Assembly (NCBI GenBank): GCA_951406725.2
Contig: OX597830.1
Span: forward strand, 79,546,001 to 79,610,000
Direction of reading: 5' to 3'
From: Octopus vulgaris
Lineage: Eukaryota
DNA: 64,000 nt
Under the pieces are notes generated by a model. It made no database searches. It had not been told where the DNA came from and saw nothing but the letters and a program-made list of their open reading frames with translations. The translations under genes and the position numbers were made by a program. Shown in pieces: positions 27,311 through 45,096 of the stretch; the stretch's first letter is position 1, and the number at the start of each line of letters is the position of its first letter.

Positions 27311-27756
27311 ACATGGCTACTCCAGGTGGAACCAGAGGGAGAGAGAAGAGGGTGAAGAAGATGTATTGGGGCATTTCATCAAATTACAGGGAGGTGTATA
27401 TATAGGAATTGGTACAGAGGATTGGATAGGGTGAGTGGGTAGGTAAGTTTATGAAAGGTGAGTAGGAGATGGAGGGGAGAAAAATGCAGTGAATGTGAGT
27501 GGAGGGAGGGGGATAGGAAGATATGTTTTGGGGGAGAGATTCAGAGACATGGATTGTGTGCAGGGGTATAGAAATAAACAACATGCCGTTAGGACATCGA
27601 TTTTACATAGATAGACAGATCTCCTGAAGCCCAAATGATCAATTAACCCAGATCTTTGTCATATCCTCTGTGAAACTCACAATCTGAAGGTCATTTTACA
27701 TACTTTTTCCCACATATTTATAGGTCTTCCTCCTCCTCAAGTTCCATCCACCTTTA

Positions 27757-27818
<62 letters not shown>

Positions 27819-27862
27819 GTGTGTAATGTGTGTGTATATATATATATATATATAAATATATA

Positions 27863-27896
<34 letters not shown>

Positions 27897-27899
<3 letters not shown>

Positions 27900-28533
27900 G
27901 CACGTAAAATACGCCAATCTGACCGTACGACAGGCACCCATGCCAACCACCTTGCTTGCGAAGACATGTTGGGGCAAGCGAAATCGAAATCGAATTGAAC
28001 CAGCCAGGATCCCTGGTCTGGTGGTACGTAAAAAGCACTATCCGACTCGTGGCCGATGCCAGCGCCGCCTCCACTGGCTTCCGTGCCGGTGGCACGTAAA
28101 ATACACCAATCTGACCGTACGACAGGCACCCATGCCAACCCCTTTGCTTGCGAAGACATGTTGGGGCAAGGCAAAGGAAATCGAATTGAACCAGCCAGGA
28201 TCCCTGGTCTGGTGGTACGTAAAAGGCACTATCCGACTCGTGGCCGATGCCAGCGCCGCCTCGTCTGGCTTCCGTGCCGGTGGCACATAAAATACACCAA
28301 TCCGACCGTGGCCGTTGCCAGCCTCGCCTGGCACCTGTGCAGGTGGCACGTAAAAGGCACCCACTACACTCACGGAGTGGTTGGCGTTAGGAAGGGCATC
28401 CAGCTGTAGAAACACTACCAGATAAGACTGGAGCCTGGTGCAGCCTTCTGGCTTCCCAGATCCCCGATCAAACCGTCCAACCCATGCTAGCATGGAGAAC
28501 GGACGTTAAACGATGATGATGATGATGATGATA
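27897..28533 (+). mobile_element. RTE 3' UTR fragment with ~193-bp tandem duplication, in (TA)n
   Basis: 27897-28088 is repeated at 28089-28278. Ends CCAACCCATGCTAGCATGGAGAACGGACGTTAAAC(GAT)n. Confidence 0.85.
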
Positions 28534-28556
28534 ATGTGGATATATATATATATATA

Positions 28557-28732
<176 letters not shown>

Positions 28733-28824
28733 TATATAATGTGTGTATATATATATATCAGTCCAACCGATGCTAGCATGGAAAGCGGACGTTAAATGAT
28801 GATGATGATGATGATATATATATA

Positions 28825-28898
<74 letters not shown>

Positions 28899-28996
28899 AT
28901 ATATGATTGATTGATTGATTGATTGATTCTAGTTTCAGCTTATGAGCTGTGGCCATGCTGGGGCACCGCCATTTGGTGTTGCTACTTGGTTTTACT

Positions 28997-31900
28997 TCAC
29001 GAAAGCTTTTTAGCAACAGCCATTTGGTGCATGAGAGAGTTCGATGCAGCTGCCCTCATCTGCACCTCCTGCCGTGAAGTTGGTTCATCTGGGACACCTG
29101 ACAGGAAGAGATTCAGTTTCATTTTAAAGACATCTGCATCCACCCCATGCAGGTCTCTCAGGTTCTTCGGGAGGATATTGAAGAGCTGTGGGCCTCGGAA
29201 GCCCAGGCTATCACAGAATCTTGTCCTACATCTTGATGGTAAGTCTGGAGTCCTAGGCACCACGCAGTGGCGCCCATATCTGGCATTTGCGTAACTCTCG
29301 ATGCCAAAGTTTAGGACACGTCCCTCCAGGATCTTCCAGATGTATATTATGGCATATCTTTCCCGCCTACGCTCCAGGGAATATAGTTTTAATCTCTTGA
29401 GTCTTTTCCAGTAGCTTACATTCTGCATAGAGGCTATCTTCTTCGTGTAGCTACGTTGGATCGCCTCGAGCTCTGTGATCAACTTGACACTTGATGGTGA
29501 CCATAACTGAGAGCAGTAGTCAAAGTGGCTTAGGACAAGTGTCCTCCAGAGGACCATCATGGTTTCTTGTTCTCTTGTTCTAAAGGTTCTGAGGATCCAT
29601 CCGGCCAGGCGTCTACATTTCATTGCCAATTTAGCAACATGTACACGAAAGGTCGCGTCATCACTCATGTAAATACCTAGGTCACGCACTGATTGTGCCT
29701 CTGGGATTGCTATTCCTCCGGGTCCAGTGTATTCATTGGGTATTGCATTTAGTTTTGCATGCTGATAGTGTAAAGCTTGAAACTTTTCAGCATTGAACTG
29801 CATGCTATTCTTTTCAGCCCACTTGTATATTTTGTCCAGCTCACATTGCAGGTGTTTAGTGTCCTCGGGGTTCTGTATTGCCTGTGAAACTTTTGTATCA
29901 TCTGCATAACTTGTGATCGTGGCTCTCTGCGTGGCTGAGGGCATGTCTGAGAGGGCCATTATGAACAGTAGTGGTCCCAGAACAGTGCCCTGCGGAACAC
30001 CGCTCACTATTTGCGTGTTAATGGAAGTGGCCCCATTGGCTACTACCACCTGACTTCTATCTTTCAGAAAGTCATGAAGCCATTCTCCCAGTTTTCCAAC
30101 TATGTTGAGATCACACAGTATGTGACATATCATTCCATGATCGACTTTATCAAAGGCCTTTGCAAAGTCGAGATATATCACTTCCACATTTGAGTGGTTG
30201 AGCAGCCGTTTCAGCACCCAGTCATAGTGTTGTAGGAGCTGAGTTAAACAGCTTCTCCCTGGTCGGAAACCATGTTGGGTGTCGGGAAGCAAGTCATTCT
30301 CTTCAAGGAAGGTGATCAGCTTCCTTCTGACTATTCGTTCCATGAACTTGCTGATGTGTGAGGTCAGAGAGATAGGTCTGTAGTTCTTGGCCTCTGCTCT
30401 GCTACCTCCTTTATGAATGGGGCATATTTTACCTTCCTTCAGTTTTCTTGGAAGTTTGCCAGCTGCAAGGAAGCTCTGAAAGAGGAACTGCAGTGGTCTT
30501 GCTAGGACTCTCTTACATGCTTTTAGGAGGATTGCCGGGAATCCATCGGGGCCAGTAGCTGAGTCTGTTTTCATTTCATCTATAGCCTTGATTACATCGT
30601 TCTCCTTTATATCGATGTAATCTATCGTCGCCGCCTCTGATTCTATATCTGCAGTGGTAAAAAAGTCAGTTGGATTGGTGATTTGGAGATGCCCAAGGGG
30701 TGGAGTGAAAACACTCTTGAATTGCTCATTCAGTATTTCACTTACCCTCATTGGTTTTCCTGTAAGTGTGCCATCCTTTTCAAGGAGTGGGCCTATTCTA
30801 CAGTGCACCGTAGCTGTTTCTTTGGCATACCTGTAGAAAGCTCTGGGGTTAGATTTTATGTTGTCTATAGCCCAGGCTTCTTTGTCTGCTCTTTCTTTTT
30901 CATGGGAGAGTTGCAGACATTTTTCGATTTGCAACAGTTTTATTTTTAGGCGGGACTTTTCACTGCTTTCAATCTGTTTGTTTAGGCGATTTGAATTTTT
31001 TGTACGCCGTCTCATTAAAATTTTCCTCTCTCTGGGGATTTTGTTCTTGTGTACAGTGGCCTTTCTCTCTGGGACACATTTGTAGCATATGGCTTGCATT
31101 ACAGACATGAATTGTTGAAGTTTTACGTCGATGTCTGGCAAGGAGAGACATTTAGGCCAGTTTTGTTTGAGGATCTCTTTCTCAATTTGTTTCCAGTTTG
31201 CCTTATGGTAGTTCAAGCTGGAAAGATTCTGAGGGTTTCTTGTAGGCTGCATGTCCGTGCTCTCTTTTGGCTCGTACATGGTCAGCTCTATCATGTTGTG
31301 ATCCGAGAGTAGTGTCGGTGTCACTTTCACATTATGGATGAGATCCATGTCATTTGTGAAGCAGAGATCCAGTGTGTTACCTGTCCTGGTTGGTTGGAGT
31401 ATTACCTGCTCCATGTACAGGGTGTTGATGAGGTTCAGGAGGGACCTCGCCTGTCCTCGTTCACATCTTGTCATTCCTGGGAGAGAAAGGCCCTCGGGCC
31501 ATCTGACATTGGGCAGATTGAAGTCTCTCATAAGAAGTACACTTATGTGTTGTTCTAATGTGGTTAGAACTTCTTCTATTTTTATAAGGCAGTCTTCAAA
31601 CTTGCCCACATGGCTTGGGGCATCTAGAGGGCGATATGTAGCACACACAACTACATCAAGTTGCCTAATATGAACAATTAGTGTGTCACACACCGAGTTT
31701 GAGTATGACAAGAGGACCTGGGGTGTGAGGTCCTCACGGATGTACATAGCAACACCTTCATGACTCCTTTCTCTTCTGTCGGTCCGTAGTACAGCATACT
31801 GTGGTATGTGTAACTCCGCATCTGCTATGTCCGGTTTCAGGTGCGTTTCCGTAAGTGCTATGCATAAGGCTTGATTGCATGCAACAAAGTCTCTCAGGAA

Positions 31901-32101
31901 CGGGATCTTTGTCCTGTTACTGAGTGTTTGCAGCCCTCTGATGTTCAGTAGGAGCATCGAGGTGAGGTGTACGTTGTTGCCGGCGGTGTCCATCCTGGGT
32001 CTGTTTGCTGTGGTGGTCTTGTATATAGTGGTTAATCCCACCTGCGGGCTTGGGTTTGATGAAGCCAGGTCAGCTGCTGTACAATCTTTTGTGCCATGCA
32101 C
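28997..32101 (-). CDS. LINE ORF2: AP-endonuclease + reverse transcriptase
   Basis: LLNIRGL, LTETHL, DFNLP, LDLCF, SDH (APE); [43 protein letters not shown] (RT). The true start codon is uncertain. Confidence 0.95.
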   Translation of the reverse strand: MHGTKDCTAADLASSNPSPQVGLTTIYKTTTANRPRMDTAGNNVHLTSMLLLNIRGLQTLSNRTKIPFLRDFVACNQALCIALTETHLKPDIADAELHIPQYAVLRTDRRERSHEGVAMYIREDLTPQVLLSYSNSVCDTLIVHIRQLDVVVCATYRPLDAPSHVGKFEDCLIKIEEVLTTLEQHISVLLMRDFNLPNVRWPEGLSLPGMTRCERGQARSLLNLINTLYMEQVILQPTRTGNTLDLCFTNDMDLIHNVKVTPTLLSDHNMIELTMYEPKESTDMQPTRNPQNLSSLNYHKANWKQIEKEILKQNWPKCLSLPDIDVKLQQFMSVMQAICYKCVPERKATVHKNKIPRERKILMRRRTKNSNRLNKQIESSEKSRLKIKLLQIEKCLQLSHEKERADKEAWAIDNIKSNPRAFYRYAKETATVHCRIGPLLEKDGTLTGKPMRVSEILNEQFKSVFTPPLGHLQITNPTDFFTTADIESEAATIDYIDIKENDVIKAIDEMKTDSATGPDGFPAILLKACKRVLARPLQFLFQSFLAAGKLPRKLKEGKICPIHKGGSRAEAKNYRPISLTSHISKFMERIVRRKLITFLEENDLLPDTQHGFRPGRSCLTQLLQHYDWVLKRLLNHSNVEVIYLDFAKAFDKVDHGMICHILCDLNIVGKLGEWLHDFLKDRSQVVVANGATSINTQIVSGVPQGTVLGPLLFIMALSDMPSATQRATITSYADDTKVSQAIQNPEDTKHLQCELDKIYKWAEKNSMQFNAEKFQALHYQHAKLNAIPNEYTGPGGIAIPEAQSVRDLGIYMSDDATFRVHVAKLAMKCRRLAGWILRTFRTREQETMMVLWRTLVLSHFDYCSQLWSPSSVKLITELEAIQRSYTKKIASMQNVSYWKRLKRLKLYSLERRRERYAIIYIWKILEGRVLNFGIESYANARYGRHCVVPRTPDLPSRCRTRFCDSLGFRGPQLFNILPKNLRDLHGVDADVFKMKLNLFLSGVPDEPTSRQEVQMRAAASNSLMHQMAVAKKLS

Positions 32102-32849
32102 AAAAAAGATTGTTGCTCAGCAGCTGCCCTTTCGACAACATCATGTTGGCGGTTTGTGGCACGCACAACATCTGCGTACCTCCGCTTTGGGGCAGGTGGT
32201 GCGTGGTCCATCCCTTTTCCTTGTGTTGATGGTTTGTCCATCTGCCTCGTGTCTCTGTGGCAGGGTCCCCGATGTGCAAAGCGGCAGCCTGCACCTTCCT
32301 TTCCATGCCAGCAGGAACCTCTCAGGTAGAACCTACACACCCGTGTGCGCTGTTTGCTTCCATCTTTTGCGGTTCCACTTCTATTCCTGGTTGTTTCACC
32401 CTTTGGTCCTGCTTGAGCTTTTCCTTTAGCTGTTCCAGTCCTTCTTTTAGTTCTTCTTCCTCCCTCTACCTCTTCACCGGGTTCTCCGTCTCCATGGCCC
32501 TTGCTGCCGGTTGGAGAACTCGCACCTGGGTTCACTTCCCGGGCAGGTTTCTCACTCAAAACCTCCTCCCGGGCGTCCACCAGGTGGGGTGACTTCTTTC
32601 ATCGTCTCCATTCTTGCCATCTTTGTCCCGCTCGTTCTCAAAGATGGCATCAAGTGCACCAATGTGCGACCGTATAAGCGCATATGAGCGCACGAATTCC
32701 CGTCTCTTTCGCTCCATCTGAGCCGCTGTCCTCTTGTAGCCGTTGTTCTTCAACGCAGCCGCAATCACCTCGCTAGGGCTATCGCCGTCGGCGCATTTCC
32801 AGGCTCGTTCGAATAACTCTAGTTCGTCAGGTATCCAGGCTCTGGACAT
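32032..32849 (-). CDS. LINE ORF1 (Myb/SANT-like N-terminus + CCCH zinc finger), split by one frameshift
   Basis: 32556-32849 encodes MSRAWIPDELELF...IAAALKNNGYKRTAAQMERK. 32032-32580 contains CRFYLRGSCWHGKEGAGCRFAH. The frames switch near the G4 run at 32586-32589. Confidence 0.75.
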
Positions 32850-32910
32850 GCTGGATAATCTGTCTATTTGTTTATCTATCTAAATATGTTCGAGAGAAGA
32901 CAAGAAGATA

Positions 32911-33828
32911 TTAAGGCTAATTAGAAGATAGAGTATTTGAAAATATATTAACAATATTAAAGTTTGTGGGTAAAAACGTTATTTAATCTTGAGGCTTATT
33001 AGAAGATAGAGTATCTGAAAATATAGTAACAATATTAAAGTGTGGGTAAAAGCGTTATTTAATCTGAAGGCTAATTAGAAGATAGAGTATTTGAAAATAT
33101 ATTAACAATATTAAAGTGTGGATAAAAACGTTATTTAATCTTAAGGCTAATTAGAAGATAGAGTATCTGAAAATATATCAATAATATTAAAGTGTGGGTA
33201 AAAACGTTATTTAATCTTAAGGCTAATTAGAAGATAGAGTATCTGAAAATATATCAATAATATTAAAGTGTGGGTAAAAACGTTATTTAATCTTAGAAGA
33301 TAGAGTATCTGAAAAAAATATTAACAATATTAGAGTGTGGGTAAAAACGTTATTTAATCTTAAGGCTAATTAGCAGATAGAGTATCTGAAAAATATATCA
33401 ATAATATTAAAGTGTGGGTAAAAACGTTATTTAATCTTAGAAGATAGAGTATCTGAAAAAATATTAACAATATTAGTGTGTGGGTAAAAACGTTATTTAA
33501 TCTTAAGGCTAATTAGAGGATAGAGTATCTGAAAATATATTAACAATATTAGAGTGTGGGTAAAAACGTTATTTAATCTTAGAAGATAGAGTATCTGAAA
33601 AAATATTAACAATATTAGAGTGTGGGTAAAAACGTTATTTAATCTTAAGGCTAATTAGAGGATAGAGTATCTGAAAATATATTAACAATATTAGAGTGTG
33701 GGTAAAAACGTTATTTAATCTTAAGGCTAATTAGAGGATAGAGTATCTGAAAATATATTAACAATATTAGAGTGTGGGTAAAAAACGTTATTTAATCTTA
33801 AGGCTAATTAGAGGATAGAGTATCTGAA
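32911..33828. repeat. Minisatellite, ~12 units of ~76/66 bp, inside the LINE 5' UTR
   Basis: Unit ttaaggctaattagaagatagagtatctgaaaatatattaacaatattaaagtgtgggtaaaaacgttatttaatc. Some units lack the first 10 bp. Confidence 0.95.
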
Positions 33829-34268
33829 AGAGGAGAGATGTAAACAGAAATGGCGTTCGTAACTTTAAAAGGAGATGTAGGCTTAAGTTAGGGGGATAAA
33901 ATAGGATAATAAACAAAATATGAAATAGAAGATGAATGTGATACTTAATCCAACGATGTGGTCTGGATTTTTTGAGTTTTACGGAATTATTTTCCAGGAG
34001 ATGTTTCTTTTTCCTTCTTGTAGGAGATAAGTTACTTCAGTGAGTTTTTCCACCATGTGCGTTTTCGGCGAAATGAAAAATTATTACTGTATTTGGCTTC
34101 AGGCAAAATATATTACGTTTTTGATTAATATATTTGTAACCGAAGTGTTGTAGTGGACTTTATGAGTTGAATTTGGACTTTCAGTAGATTATTTCACCGA
34201 TTTATGCACACTTTCTGCCTTTTTTAAACAGAGCAAAGGCGATACACGACTTTCCCTGCCGGAACCGG

Positions 34269-39368
<5,100 letters not shown>

Positions 39369-39398
39369 ATATATATATATACATATATATATACATAC

Positions 39399-39489
<91 letters not shown>

Positions 39490-39491
<2 letters not shown>

Positions 39492-40841
39492 TTTTATTTT
39501 GTTTTTTTTATTTTATCTAGTTTCAGCTCATAAGCTGTGGATATGCTGGGGCACCGCCATTTGATGTTGCTACATGATTTTACTTCACGAATGCTTTTTA
39601 GCAACTGCCATTTGGTGCATGAGAGAGTTCGATGCAGCTGCACCTCCTGCCGTGAAGTTGGTTCATCTGGGACACCTGATAGGAAGAGATCCAGTCCTAC
39701 TTTAAAGACGTCTGCATCCACCCCATGCAGGTCCCTCAGGTTCTTCGGGAGGATATTGAAGAGCTGAGGGCCTCTGAAACCCAGGCTATCACAGTATCTT
39801 GTCCTACATCTTGATGGCATATTTAGAGTCCTTGGCACCACGTTGTGGTGCCCAGTTCTGGCATTTGTGTAACTCTCAATGCCAAAGTTTGGGACAAGTC
39901 CTTCCAGGATCTTCCAGATGTATATTATGGCATATCTTTCTCGCCTACGCTCCAAGGAATAGAGTTTTAATCTCTTGAGTCTTTCCCAGTAGCTTATATT
40001 CTGCACAGAGGCTATCTTCTTCGTGTAGCTACGTTGGATCGCCTCAAGTTCTGTGATCAACTTGACACTGGATGGTGACCATAGCTGAGGGCAATAGTCA
40101 AAGTGGCTTAGGACAAGTGTCCTCCAGAGGACCATCATGGATTCTTGCTCTCTTGTTTTAAAGGTTCTAAGAATCCATCCGGCCAGCCGTCTACATTTCA
40201 TTGCCAATTTAGCAACATGTACACGAAAGGTTGCGTCATCACTCATGTAAATACCCAGGTCACGCACTGATTATGCCTCTGGGATTGCAATCCCTCCAGG
40301 TCCAGTGTATTCATTGGGTATTGCATTTAGTTTTGCATGTTGATAGCATAAAGCTTGAAACTTTTCGGCATTGAACTGCATGCTATTCTTTTCAGCCCAC
40401 TTGTATATTTTGTCCAGCTCACATTGCAGGTGATTAGTATCTTCAGGGTTCTGTATTGCCTGTGAAACTTTTGTATCATCTGCATAACTTGTGATCGTGG
40501 CTCTCTGCGTGGCTGAGGGCATGTCTGAGAGGGCCATTATGAACAGTAGTGGTCCCAAAACAGTGCCCTGCGGAAAACCGCACACTATTTGCGTGTTAAT
40601 GGAAGTGGCCCCATTGGCTACTACCACCTGACTTCTATTCTTCAGAAAGTCATGAAGCCATTCTCCCAATTTTCGTACTGTGCCAAGATCACGCAGTTTG
40701 TGACATATCATTCCATGATCGACTTTATCAAAGGCCTTTGCAAAGTCGAGATATATCACTTCCACATATGAGTGGTTGAGCAGTCGTTTCAGCGCCCAGT
40801 AATAGTGTTGTAGGAGCTGAGTTAAGCAGCTTCTTCCTGGT
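39490..40841 (-). mobile_element. 5'-truncated LINE copy
   Basis: Runs from [10 protein letters not shown] through YADDT to the 3' UTR. Stop at 40271-40273. A-rich tail. Confidence 0.93.
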
Positions 40842-40855
40842 ATATATGTATATGT

Positions 40856-40887
<32 letters not shown>

Positions 40888-40973
40888 GTAGGTCCTGGGT
40901 TGATTCGGGGTTAACCACAGTAAGTAAGGTACTCAATACATAGCAGAGTAAAATTAATTTATTATATAGAAGG

Positions 40974-41024
40974 AGCTTCTACAGGACTAGTACTGTTTCA
41001 TTCAAGAGAAATCTTCAGGAAGCT
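40974..41024 (-). ncRNA. Type I hammerhead ribozyme motif
   Basis: Exact reverse complement of 44677-44727. Confidence 0.7.
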
Positions 41025-41429
41025 ATTTAACAAGAATTGTATTAGCATTTATACATTTAGGCAGGTTTAAAGGAGTGGTGGTGGGGGACTTTTTGGGGGT
41101 AGGCATAGCGCAAAATATCATACTTGGGGGAGTGGTCAAGGAGTCAGTGGTAAGTTAGATGAAAGAATAGATAAATAAAAAAATAAAAAAATAAAATAAA
41201 AAAATAAAAAAATAAAAAAATAAAAAATAAAAAAATAAAATAAAAAAATAAAAAAATAAAAAATATAAAAAATATATATAAAAAAATATATATATAAAAT
41301 ATATATATAAAAAAATATATATATAAAAAAAGGGGGGATAGAGTTATAGGTAAATAAGGAGATTCTCACTTATACCTATACACACATGTATACGTATCTA
41401 CACACACATACATACATACACATATATAT

Positions 41430-41478
<49 letters not shown>

Positions 41479-42361
41479 CATATGTACACACATACATACA
41501 TATCTACATACACACATACATACACCCGCCCACATATACAAATTTATACACATGCACATGCCTATACCTGTCTACACATACACGCACGTATATATGCATA
41601 CACTCACTCCCATGCATGCACGCATACACACATGTATATATATATATATATATACCCACGACCACACATACATATATACACATAAAAATATATATTCATA
41701 CGCACATACACACATCATGCACACACAACACACCTAGTTCCCTATATACACATATTTACACCTATATATACATACACCCACATACACCTATGTACACATA
41801 TATATATATGAACATATACACGCATACATATATATACATGTGTGCACATACATACATACACAGATATATACATACACATACACATACACATGTGTACCTA
41901 TACATACCTACACATACACACATACATACATACAAATATACATATACATATATATATATACAATCCAATACAGGCCCATTCCCTAATTTTAATTTTATTA
42001 TCTTCATTTATTACTTTTGTTATCTTTGATCGCTAGGGCTAAGAATCCTGGCAATGGCTGCATGTCCATTTGTCTGTCTACTAGAAGGCAAGTACTCATT
42101 CCCGCACGCACACTCATTAGCACGTACATTCACCCATTCGTACACTCATACACATACACGTACGCACGCGTTATATTCATACATACAAACAAACATCTAC
42201 ATACGTTCACGTATATACACATACGTACTCGTACCTACAGATTCGTGTCTACACTTTAGGAGGCTAGTCTATACATATACACCAATAAATATACATATAT
42301 ATATATATACCCGCATATACATACACACACACACATATATACTCCTACATACAGATACATA

Positions 42362-42415
<54 letters not shown>

Positions 42416-43298
42416 CATACACATACACACATACATATACACACACATACATACACATATATATACATACACAAACATATATACACACATATATATATAC
42501 ATACACACATACACACATACATACGTATACATACATACATACATCCATACATCCATACTTACATGCATTTATACGCATACACGCACATACACATATACAT
42601 GCGTACCCATACACGTGCACACACGCACGCGCATCCATATATATACACACACACACATATATATACACGTGTGCAAGCATACATACATACTCATACGCGC
42701 ACACATACTTACAAATACATATATGCACACACTTACACACATATATATACATACACATATACATGCATACATACATATATGCATACATACACACACGCAC
42801 TCATATAATGAGTGCGTGTGTGTATGTATGCATATATGTATGTATGCATGTATATGTGTATGTATATATATGTGTGTAAGTGTGTGCATATATGTATTTG
42901 TAAGTATGTGTGCGCGTATGAGTATGTATGTATGCTTGCACACGTGTATATATATGTGTGTGTGTATATATATGGATGCGCGTGCGTGTGTGCACGTGTA
43001 TGGGTACGCATGTATATGCGTATGTGCGTGTATGCGTATACGTGTATGTATGTATGTGTGTGCGTAGATTTGTATATGTATGTGTGAGTGTGTATATATA
43101 TATATATATATACATATATATAGATGGGTGTGTGTATGCGTATAAATGCATGTAAGTATGGATGTATGGATGTATGTATGTATGTATAAGTATGTATGTG
43201 TGTATGTGTGTATGTATATATATATGTGTGTATATATGTTTGTGTATGTATATATATGTGTATGTATGTGTGTGTATATGTATGTGTGTATGTGTATG

Positions 43299-43350
<52 letters not shown>

Positions 43351-44230
43351 TATGTATCTGTATGTAGGAGTATATATGTGTGTGTGTGTATGTATATGCG
43401 GGTATATATATATATATGTATATTTATTGGTGTATATGTATAGACTAGCCTCCTAAAGTGTAGACACGAATCTGTAGGTACGAGTACGTATGTGTATATA
43501 CGTGAACGTATGTAGATGTTTGTTTGTATGTATGAATATAACGCGTGCGTACGTGTATGTGTATGAGTGTACGAATGGGTGAATGTACGTGCTAATGAGT
43601 GTGCGTGCGGGAATGAGTACTTGCCTTCTAGTAGACAGACAAATGGACATGCAGCCATTGCCAGGATTCTTAGCCCTAGCGATCAAAGATAACAAATGTA
43701 ATAAATGAAGATAATAAAATTAAAATTAGGGAATGGGCCTGTATTGGATTGTATATATATATATGTATATGTATATTTGTATGTATGTATGTGTGTATGT
43801 GTAGGTATGTATAGGTACACATGTGTATGTGTATGTGTATGTATATATCTGTGTATGTATGTATGTGCACACATGTATATATATGTATGCGTGTATATGT
43901 TCATATATATATATGTGTACATAGGTGTATGTGGGTGTATGTATATATAGGTGTAAATATGTGTATATAGGGAACTAGGTGTGTTGTGTGTGCATGAGTG
44001 TATGTGCGTATGAATATATATTTTTATGTGTATATATGTATGTGTGGTCGTGGGTATATATATATATATATATACATGTGTGTATGCGTGCATGCATGGG
44101 AGTGAGTGTATGCATATATACGTGCGTGTATGTGTAGACAGGTATAGGCATGTGCATGTGTATAAATTTGTATATGTGGGCGGGTGTATGTATGTGTGTA
44201 TGTAGATATGTATGTATGTGTGTACATATG

Positions 44231-44281
<51 letters not shown>

Positions 44282-44676
44282 ATATATATGTGTATGTATG
44301 TATGTGTGTGTAGATACGTATACATGTGTGTATAGGTATAAGTGAGAATCTCCTTATTTACCTATAACTCTATCCCCCCTTTTTTTATATATATATTTTT
44401 TATATATATATTTTTTTATATATATTTTTTATATTTTTTTATTTTTTTATTTTTTTTTTTATTTTTTTATTTTTTATTTTTTATTTTTTTATTTTTTTAT
44501 TTTATTTTATTTTTTTATTTTTTTATTTACCTATTCTTTCATCTAACTTACCACTGACTCCTTGACCACTCCCCCAAGTATGATATTTTGCGCTATGCCT
44601 ACCCCCAAAAAGTCCCCCACCACCACTCCTTTAAACCTGCCTAAATGTATAAATGCTAATACAATTCTTGTTAAAT

Positions 44677-44727
44677 AGCTTCCTGAAGATTTCTCTTGAA
44701 TGAAACAGTACTAGTCCTGTAGAAGCT
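44677..44727 (+). ncRNA. Type I hammerhead ribozyme motif
   Basis: AGCTTC-CTGAAGA-T TTC TCTT GAA T-GAAA-CAG TACTAGTC CTG-TA-GAAGCT. Stem I is 6 bp, the CUGANGA/GAAA/UH core is intact, stem III is ACAG/CTGT, and cleavage is predicted after GUA at 44721. Stem II is closed by a U-U mismatch. Confidence 0.7.
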
Positions 44728-44738
44728 CCTTCTATATA

Positions 44739-44878
<140 letters not shown>

Positions 44879-45017
44879 TAATAAAATAAATATAAGAGAG
44901 TGGTCACTATATGGCTCACTCCAGCACTAGTTAATCCAAAAGGTTTCGACCACTAGGCCACTTGGTGTTGAATAGATATACTATTAAATTAGTATCTACT
45001 TCTCTCACCCTTATTAA

Positions 45018-45096
<79 letters not shown>

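Larger units (their letters stand above)
28904..34270 (-). mobile_element. Near full-length CR1/L2-group (APE+RT) LINE
   Basis: 5' UTR with tandem monomers, then ORF1, a 1034-codon open ORF2, a short 3' UTR and an (AATC)n tail. Both ends abut (TA)n. Confidence 0.93.

Noticed and set aside
32911-33828. Tandem array as a CRISPR array
   Set aside because: The units are contiguous with no unique spacers, there are no cas genes, and the context is a eukaryotic LINE 5' UTR.
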